This document shows, in pieces, positions 36,673 through 42,888 of a stretch of 64,000 nucleotides of DNA. The translations under genes were made by a program, and so were the position numbers. The DNA is from Patescibacteria group bacterium. Its GTDB lineage: Bacteria; Patescibacteriota; Minisyncoccia; 2-02-FULL-40-12; GWA2-44-9. Position 1 is the first letter of the stretch; each line of letters begins with the position of its first letter. The notes below the pieces were generated by a model. It did no database searches and had not been told where the DNA came from. It worked only from the letters and a program-made list of their open reading frames with translations. The stretch lies in assembly GCA_038065515.1 (NCBI GenBank), contig JBBTQV010000016.1, positions 5,462 through 69,461 of the forward strand, read 5' to 3'.

Positions 36673-37530
36673 TTAATTACACTCCTGTCTTCCTGATTTG
36701 TCAATCCCCTGTATCTCATCTTCTGCAATCTCGCTTGCAATGGTGAGAATCCGCGCAAAATCTTCAGCGCGGACGGACGCCCCGCCGACGAGAACGCCGG
36801 AAATTTCGGAGCGTTGCAAAAACTCATGCGCATTGGCAGGCGTCACCGAACCGCCATAGAGAAAGGCGATGTGCGACACATCGAAATGATCGGCTAACGC
36901 TTCGCGGATGAGACTCATCGACTGCACGGCGCTGGCGGGCGTGTCGGGTTTGGCATCAGGGTTGGTGCTAATGGCCCACACCGGCTCGTACGCTATGATG
37001 CACTGCCCTACCTGTCCGGGCGTCAATCCGCGGAATGTCGCGGCGACCTGCGCTTTGAGCGCATCCTGCCAATCGCCCTCGCGAGCTTGCCCGCCGAAGC
37101 CTTGGCGTAGGCGGGTGCGCTCACCGACGCACACAATAGGCACCAATCCGTTGCGGAGCGCCGCCCGCAGTTTTTCGTTGACCATTTCGTCATCTTCATT
37201 GAGCTTGTAGCGCCGGTCACTGTGCCCAACAATCACATACCGCACGCCGAGTTTTGCCAGTTGCGGACCGCTCACCTCGCCCGTCTGTGCGACATCATCA
37301 CGCGCCGCAATATCCTGCGCACCCAACCGCGCTACATCGGCAAGCACGCCTTCGCCCAACATTGCGGCGACATCTTCCAGAAAAACAAACGGCGGACAGA
37401 ACACAATATCCAGCTGTTGCGCCCCTGCGCCCAGTCCGCGGACATGTTCGTCAATTTTCGCGACAATATCCTGCGCCTCGGCAAGAGTCTTCGGATTCAT
37501 CTTCCAATTCGCGATGATTAACTTTTTCAT
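36673..37530 (-). CDS. tpiA: Triosephosphate isomerase
   Basis: IIANWKMN, TGEVS, GHSDRR, AYEPVWAI, YGGSV and LVGGAS motifs. ATG 37530 overlaps the RT2 stop. Confidence 0.95.
   Translation of the reverse strand: MKKLIIANWKMNPKTLAEAQDIVAKIDEHVRGLGAGAQQLDIVFCPPFVFLEDVAAMLGEGVLADVARLGAQDIAARDDVAQTGEVSGPQLAKLGVRYVIVGHSDRRYKLNEDDEMVNEKLRAALRNGLVPIVCVGERTRLRQGFGGQAREGDWQDALKAQVAATFRGLTPGQVGQCIIAYEPVWAISTNPDAKPDTPASAVQSMSLIREALADHFDVSHIAFLYGGSVTPANAHEFLQRSEISGVLVGGASVRAEDFARILTIASEIAEDEIQGIDKSGRQECN
36676..36704 (-). promoter_or_regulatory. Promoter of the DGR1 target gene (inside the tpiA 3' end)
   Basis: TTGACA-17 nt-TGTAAT on the minus strand. Confidence 0.6.
37085..37115. repeat. Short palindromic repeat inserted in frame in tpiA
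   Basis: GCTTGCCCGCCGAAGCCTTGGCGTAGGCGGG encodes RLRQGFGGQA. A related copy, CCCTCCGAAGCCTTAGCGAAGGAGGG, lies at ~49467-49492. Confidence 0.6.
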
Positions 37531-38504
37531 GTGGAATAGAGCCACGCAACATTGCGCAATTCCTGTTCTATCTTATACGCATTCCCGTGGCCGAGCAATC
37601 CGAGATAGGACTGGAGCGTAGTCTGGACTGGCCTCTTTACGATGTTACGGAACGCTCGTCGTTTCGTTACTGTTCGCAGAACTTTGTGGGTTGGAAAATA
37701 GGACCATCCAAGAAAGTCGACACCGGATGCCAATGTCTTGAGCGCAATCTTCCGAGGATGCAAGTGCAACAACAAATAGCATTGCAGGAAGTCGCTTACG
37801 CATGGAACGAGCGAGACCAGAAAAACTCTGTTGGGATGCAGTATGACAAAATCATCTGCGTAGCGGATATAGTGAGGCAAACCCATCCGGTTCTTCATGA
37901 AGCAATCCAGCTCATTCATATAGATATTGGCCAGTAGTTGCGATGTCAGATTACCCAACGGCAAACCCCTACCAGGGCTTGCATGGAAACTGCTGATGAC
38001 TTCTTGAAGAAGCCTCATAACCAAAGCATCTGAAATCGTCCGCGCAAGAATGGCCGATAGTCTGACATGGTCGATGCTGGCAAAGAATTTTCGGATGTCA
38101 CACTTCAACACCCAGCAGGTCCGAGTATTGTTTTCGCTTGTCTTGTTGATGAAAGAACGGAATCGCGCTCCGGCTGCATGAATCCCCTTGTCTACCCGAC
38201 AAGAAAATGAATCGGAAATGAATAGATGGTCAAAGATTGGATATAACACTCGATGGATTGCGTGATGGAGCAAACGGTCGCGAACTGTTGCCTTATGGAT
38301 ATGGCGCGGCTTGGGATCGCAAATATGAAAGCTGTGATACGGACCATGCCGATACGCTCCATTGGCAAGCTCGTCGTGCAGGTATAGGATGTTGTCCATC
38401 AGTTCCCGCTCGAATTCTTGGACATCAACCTTGTCCCGCTTGCCAGACACGAACTCTTGCCATGCGAGCAGAAGATTTTCCAGAGAAATTATTTCCTCAA
38501 ACAT
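37527..38504 (-). CDS. DGR reverse transcriptase (RT2)
   Basis: Same motifs as RT1 (IISLENLL, RDRLLHHA, GLPLGNLTSQ, YIRYADDF, GVDFLG). Likely start MFEEII (38504); the ORF extends to GTG 38561. Confidence 0.93.
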   Translation of the reverse strand: MFEEIISLENLLLAWQEFVSGKRDKVDVQEFERELMDNILYLHDELANGAYRHGPYHSFHICDPKPRHIHKATVRDRLLHHAIHRVLYPIFDHLFISDSFSCRVDKGIHAAGARFRSFINKTSENNTRTCWVLKCDIRKFFASIDHVRLSAILARTISDALVMRLLQEVISSFHASPGRGLPLGNLTSQLLANIYMNELDCFMKNRMGLPHYIRYADDFVILHPNRVFLVSLVPCVSDFLQCYLLLHLHPRKIALKTLASGVDFLGWSYFPTHKVLRTVTKRRAFRNIVKRPVQTTLQSYLGLLGHGNAYKIEQELRNVAWLYST

Positions 38505-38516
38505 ACAAAAACCTAT

Positions 38517-38874
38517 ATGACCCCCCCCCCAACAAGACTTACCGATACTGCAAAAGGCCACCGCCGCATACCTGCTCTGGCATGAGTGTCTTCCCCGTTT
38601 ACCGCGATTGACTCGGTTTACCCTCGGCTCAAAAATAGATCGACTCTATCTCGAGACTATCGAATACATGCTCATCGCCGGATATACCGCCCGCGAACGA
38701 AAGCTCGTTATCGTTCAACAAGCAAGCGCCAAACTCGATACGCTCAAGTTTTTCTTGAAAATCGCCTGGCAGGCAAAAGCGCTGTCTCCAAAAAAGTATG
38801 CGGAGCTGTCAGCGCCAGTCGCCGAGATTGGTAAGATGCTCGGCGGCTGGCATAAACAGTTGACCAGCGAATAG
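38517..38874 (+). CDS. avd: Avd-like accessory protein of DGR2 (antisense; +1 frameshift at C10)
   Basis: ORF 38608..38874 ends EIGKMLGGW. The frame extends upstream as PPPQQDLPILQKATAAYLLWHECLPRLPR without an ATG. ATG 38517 is one base off frame before C10 (38521-38530). Confidence 0.8.
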
Positions 38875-39001
38875 ACTTGCGGACTGCGGCGAAACGGTAG
38901 TTCTCGTTCCACTCGTTGTCGAACCAGTTCAGGTTCAGGTTGCGTTCATGGTCGTTCCGGTTCAGATACGCCACATTGCGGTTGTCATTGACCTTGGCCA
39001 C
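38875..39001 (-). repeat. DGR2 template repeat (TR2)
   Basis: 127-bp near copy of 39338-39464 with 12 mismatches, all at sense-strand A. It abuts the avd stop codon. Confidence 0.95.
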
Positions 39002-39223
39002 CATGTGCAGAGTGCCATCCGTATCACTGTCCTTTAGCTATCTTCGGGACTGTATTTTATCCGGAGCCTGTGCTCACCAGCACCCTGCACCAAGTATATT
39101 CATTGGAAGAGAATTGCGATGGCACACTGACGACGAACATGTTCGCAGTCATTCTGTCCGGTCGCCAATTCTAGAATTCGGCCGCCCGAAGCCGTAGCCG
39201 CGGACCGCATCGCCTACTATCCA
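39002..39223 (-). ncRNA. Putative structured 5' leader of the DGR2 template RNA
   Basis: Collinear conserved blocks shared with 35651-35868, and TATACT at 39229-39234. Confidence 0.65.
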
Positions 39224-39247
39224 CAGACAGTATACACAAAAAAGAAA

Positions 39248-39278
39248 CCGCCGTGCGAGCACGATGCTCGCACGGCGG
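39248..39278 (-). terminator. Hairpin/terminator downstream of the DGR2 target
   Basis: Perfect 14-bp inverted repeat CCGCCGTGCGAGCA-CGA-TGCTCGCACGGCGG, followed on the minus strand by TTTCTTTTTT. Confidence 0.8.
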
Positions 39279-39335
39279 AAGGAACCAAGGCTCCCAGCAC
39301 CTTGGCCAGTGCCAAGAGCCCCAGGTTCCCAGTGC

Positions 39336-39953
39336 TTACTTGCGGACTGCGGCGAAACGGTAGTTCTCGAACCACTCGCTGTCGAACCAGTACAGGTTCA
39401 GGTAGCGTACACGGTCGTACCGGTCCAGATACGCCACATAGCGGTCGTCATGGACCTTGGCCACGGTGCCCAGCGCAACGATGGGAAACTCCAACTGGAG
39501 ACCCGAGTGTTGGATGCCGATCCAGAGCAACTCCAAGAAGGTGGCCGGACGCAGACCTTGGCGGTCCATGTCAGCGATGACCTCGTCCGAGGTCATCCGC
39601 TTGTTGTAGTGGAGCAGATGGACTTCGGCGGTACGGGTGCCGTCTCCGGTACCGAAACTGAAATGCTTGACGATGTTGGAGTTGACCCAGTCGTACTTGC
39701 CGTCGGCGATGAGCTGGACCGTTGTCTTGGTCAGATCCATCATCACGGAGATGGTGCGGTCGAGGAACTCGATGGCGGTACGCTTGGTACCGACGATGAG
39801 TTGGGCAATTTTGCCGCGCAAGTCCTTGCTCGTGAGGATTCGCTCCAGGTCGGCGTCGTTGCCACCCAGCGCGAGCACCGCATCCACGAGGGCCTTGAAC
39901 ACCTCGAACGCCTTACCCCAACCCTTGAGAAACTCACTCTTCTGACGAGCCAT
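39336..39953 (-). CDS. DGR2 variable target protein (C-terminal VR, probable CLec-like fold)
   Basis: ORF 39336..39980. Likely start MARQKSEF (39953) after AAGGAGG. The C-terminus …VHDDRYVAYLDRYDRVRYLNLYWFDSEWFENYRFAAVRK is the VR. Confidence 0.9.
   Translation of the reverse strand: MARQKSEFLKGWGKAFEVFKALVDAVLALGGNDADLERILTSKDLRGKIAQLIVGTKRTAIEFLDRTISVMMDLTKTTVQLIADGKYDWVNSNIVKHFSFGTGDGTRTAEVHLLHYNKRMTSDEVIADMDRQGLRPATFLELLWIGIQHSGLQLEFPIVALGTVAKVHDDRYVAYLDRYDRVRYLNLYWFDSEWFENYRFAAVRK
39338..39464 (-). repeat. DGR2 variable repeat (VR2)
   Basis: Aligns gap-free to TR2. Confidence 0.95.
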
Positions 39954-40056
39954 AGCTCGCCTCCTTCGTTTGTGGCTCATTCCCTACCCACGCAGAATAC
40001 GGGGCCCGGAACTTGCCGTTTTCAATGTTCGCAGGGCTTCACCCCTGTATTTTTGT

Positions 40057-40085
40057 ATTATATCAAATCTCAACGATAATAGCAA
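40057..40085 (-). promoter_or_regulatory. Promoter of the DGR2 target gene
   Basis: TTGCTA-17 nt-TATAAT with an extended TG, on the minus strand. Confidence 0.65.
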
Positions 40086-40168
40086 GGACTCGCTCGGACC
40101 GCCGAATATGGTGATCCGAGCGAAGCGATGGCGGCACAAGGCAAAACCGTACCTACCGTCGCGAAGCG

Positions 40169-41191
40169 CTATACCTTCGTTTCGCGAAGATGCCTAGCAC
40201 AGTCGTCGGGATCGAACGGGTTGATATAGATGGCGGTTGAGAGCTCAAAGCCCGCGGCTATCGGGATGCGCGGTACGACCTCGATGTGCCAGTGATAAAA
40301 ATCGTAATTGATGAGCGGGTCACGCATGACCGGTGCGGTATGGATATAAAAGTTGTAATCGACATCGTCCAGCGCGGCGTACAACTTACGCAAAACCACA
40401 TTCAACATATTGGCGCATTGCGAAAGCGTGGCGTCATCGGACAACTCGAACCGCGGCATCTGCCGTTTAGGGAAAATACGCACTTCGTATCCGCCTTTGG
40501 AGACAAACGGACAGAACGCGATGAACTGTTCGTTCTCATACACAATGCGTTTGTTTTCGCGCAGCTCCCAGTCAATCATTGCCTGATGCACCGGAACCCC
40601 ATGCTGCTGCATGTAGTCATCGGAACCCTGCAGTGAACGGACAATTTCCGGTGGCACAATGGGAGTAGAAATAATCTGCGAGTGATTATGCAAAATACTG
40701 GCACCTGCCGCGCGTCCGTGATTGTGGAATATGCTGATGTAGTCGCCGCACTCATCCTGTGAGATTTCAGTGTATCGGCCCCGGTATACTTGCAGGACCT
40801 CCCGTGTCTGCTCATCGGTGAACTGCGCGAAGTGCGCGTCGTGGTCGCGCGTGATGACCAATTCATGAAAACCGTTCGCCGCATGCGTCAGATACGGTCC
40901 TGCCTGTCGGGGCTCTCCGCATATCCCATGCTGTAACGCGGGAAATTTATTCGGTACCACCACGGTCGTCCACGGACCATTCCAGTCACCATGCCAAGTG
41001 ATGGGTTTGCCGTTGTCATAGACATGCACCGGCGTTTCCTGTGCGCCCATCTGTTCAGGCTCAAAGACGCACTCCTCTTTCGATTGCATAAGGCGTTCGC
41101 GCTTCCCGTCATGCGGCCTCCGGGCACGCAAACTCGAAATAAGGACCCACTCGCCTGAAACCAAATCTTTTCTGAATTCGTTGACTGCCAT
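40169..41191 (-). CDS. galT: Galactose-1-phosphate uridylyltransferase-like (GalT/HIT family)
   Basis: EFRKDLVSGEWV...R..RP, PNKFP, NHGRAAGASI.HNHSQ, HWHIE and AGFE motifs. Confidence 0.85.
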   Translation of the reverse strand: MAVNEFRKDLVSGEWVLISSLRARRPHDGKRERLMQSKEECVFEPEQMGAQETPVHVYDNGKPITWHGDWNGPWTTVVVPNKFPALQHGICGEPRQAGPYLTHAANGFHELVITRDHDAHFAQFTDEQTREVLQVYRGRYTEISQDECGDYISIFHNHGRAAGASILHNHSQIISTPIVPPEIVRSLQGSDDYMQQHGVPVHQAMIDWELRENKRIVYENEQFIAFCPFVSKGGYEVRIFPKRQMPRFELSDDATLSQCANMLNVVLRKLYAALDDVDYNFYIHTAPVMRDPLINYDFYHWHIEVVPRIPIAAGFELSTAIYINPFDPDDCARHLRETKV

Positions 41192-41195
41192 CGTT

Positions 41196-41918
41196 TTATT
41201 TATTGTAATCCCCGCGAATGCGTTTGAATCCGACCAGAACGGTTTCCATGAGCACCTTCGGATAGGTCCAAAAATTCACGCGCGTTTCCGGCGGATTATT
41301 CCAGGTAATGGGAATCTCGCGGATACCGAATCCGCGGGCGCGCGCACCTGCCAGCGCATCCACATCGAATCCCCACCCGAAAATGGTAAGCCGTGAGAAT
41401 ATTTCCTGCGCGGCGCGTGCAGTGAACACCTTGAACCCGCGTTGAGTATCCCACACACCCGGCACCGCCCATATCTGTATCCAGAGATTTCCCGCCTTGC
41501 CCAACAATTGCCGCCAGAGCGGCTCCGACCCTCCGCGCACCACTTTAGACCCGTGTACCGCGAGCGAACCGATAACGACCGCAATCCCCTGTTCCAAGAG
41601 CGGCCGCATCGCGTCGAAGTGATCGATGGTGGTGCTGTTGTCGGCATCCATGAACAGACGCACTTCACCCGTACCGAACAGCATGCCCGTTATCACCGCA
41701 TATCCTTTGCCCGGCCGCTTTTCATCGATAAGCCGGATACTGCGAAATTGATGCTGCATACCACGCACAATATCTGCCGTCGCATCCGTGGATCGGTTGT
41801 TGACCACGATAACTTCGGAAACAAAATCCTGCTTCGCCAGCCACGAGCATACGGCCTGCAGTGTCGAACCGATGCGCTTCGCTTCATTGTATGTGGGAAT
41901 GATGACGGAGAGGTACAT
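41196..41918 (-). CDS. GT2 dolichyl/polyprenyl-phosphate glycosyltransferase-like
   Basis: LSVIIPTYNE, GKGYAV..GM, FMDAD, DTQRGFK and WGFDV motifs. Confidence 0.88.
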   Translation of the reverse strand: MYLSVIIPTYNEAKRIGSTLQAVCSWLAKQDFVSEVIVVNNRSTDATADIVRGMQHQFRSIRLIDEKRPGKGYAVITGMLFGTGEVRLFMDADNSTTIDHFDAMRPLLEQGIAVVIGSLAVHGSKVVRGGSEPLWRQLLGKAGNLWIQIWAVPGVWDTQRGFKVFTARAAQEIFSRLTIFGWGFDVDALAGARARGFGIREIPITWNNPPETRVNFWTYPKVLMETVLVGFKRIRGDYNK

Positions 41919-42009
41919 GTTCCCTCTTATAGTATACGAAGCATCAAGTAATGGAAACTACCAACGGAATTGACAAATGGGATTCCCTTCCATATTATAT
42001 GCAGTCTGC

Positions 42010-42888
42010 ATGCCGCACACCGAAATCATCACCATTCGTCCGGATGACGACCGCTATCCCGAATTGCTCAAACGCATCGCCGATCCGCCCGCCCAGCTAT
42101 ATTGTCTGGGCAATATCACGCTATTGAATTCGTTTTGCGTCGGGGTTGTGGGTACCCGCAAGGCCAGCGACTATGGCCGCCAGGCAACTGCGGACATCGC
42201 CGGCCAGTTAGCGCAAAACGGCGTGACGATCGTGAGCGGTCTGGCGACGGGCATCGACTCGGTTGCGCACCGTGCCGCGTTGGATGCCAAAGGAAACACG
42301 ATTGCGGTCTTCGGCACGGGACTCGCTGACGACGATATTTTCCCCGTAGACAATGTACGACTCGCGCACGAGATCGTCGCCGCAGGCGGTCTGCTGATTT
42401 CGGAATACGAAGAAGGCGTGCATGGCCAGCCGTGGACATTCCCGATGCGCAACCGCATCATCTCCGGATTGTCGCGCGGTATCGTCGTGGTTGAAGCGGA
42501 TAAGAAATCCGGCTCTCTCATCACCGCCAAAGCCGCTCTGGATCAAGACCGAGATGTGTTCGCCGTACCGGGCAGTATTTACTGGCCGCGCTCGGTGGGT
42601 TCCAACTGGCTCATTCAGCAAGGCGCTCGGCCCGTACTGTGCGCAGCGGACATATTGGAATCGTACAAAATGCGTCAAATTCCTCTGCCCGAAGCGGCTC
42701 TGTCCACATCCGATCCGGTGCAAGAGAGTATACTGGCACTACTGCGACAAAACGGTCCGACACATCTGGACACGCTGGCCTCGCAGACGGGATTCGACAC
42801 GCCGCGCACGATGGCAGCGATTGCGATGCTCGAACTGTTCAGTGCCATCCAGCACATGGGCGGTGGTATCTACAAAACAACACAATGA
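42010..42888 (+). CDS. dprA: DNA-processing protein DprA
   Basis: VGTR..S.YG, SGLA.GID..AH, FPMRNRIISGL, SGSLITA and FAVPG motifs. Confidence 0.95.
   Translation: MPHTEIITIRPDDDRYPELLKRIADPPAQLYCLGNITLLNSFCVGVVGTRKASDYGRQATADIAGQLAQNGVTIVSGLATGIDSVAHRAALDAKGNTIAVFGTGLADDDIFPVDNVRLAHEIVAAGGLLISEYEEGVHGQPWTFPMRNRIISGLSRGIVVVEADKKSGSLITAKAALDQDRDVFAVPGSIYWPRSVGSNWLIQQGARPVLCAADILESYKMRQIPLPEAALSTSDPVQESILALLRQNGPTHLDTLASQTGFDTPRTMAAIAMLELFSAIQHMGGGIYKTTQ

Larger units (their letters stand above)
34161..36704 (-). mobile_element. Diversity-generating retroelement DGR1
   Basis: RT, antisense avd-like gene, TR (35516-35650) and target gene with VR (35997-36131). All TR/VR mismatches fall at TR adenines. 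Confidence 0.95.
37527..40084 (-). mobile_element. Diversity-generating retroelement DGR2
   Basis: RT, antisense avd-like gene, TR (38875-39001) and target gene with VR (39338-39464). All TR/VR mismatches fall at TR adenines. Confidence 0.95.

Noticed and set aside
34161-38561. RTs as group II intron, retron or Abi reverse transcriptases
   Set aside because: They are short (~320 aa), have no maturase/endonuclease tail, carry the SQ motif, and lie next to Avd-like genes and adenine-specific TR/VR pairs, all of which indicate DGR.
36040-40079. Long plus-strand ORFs 36040..36642 and 39264..40079
   Set aside because: These are antisense shadows of the GC3-rich target genes, with no recognisable motifs.
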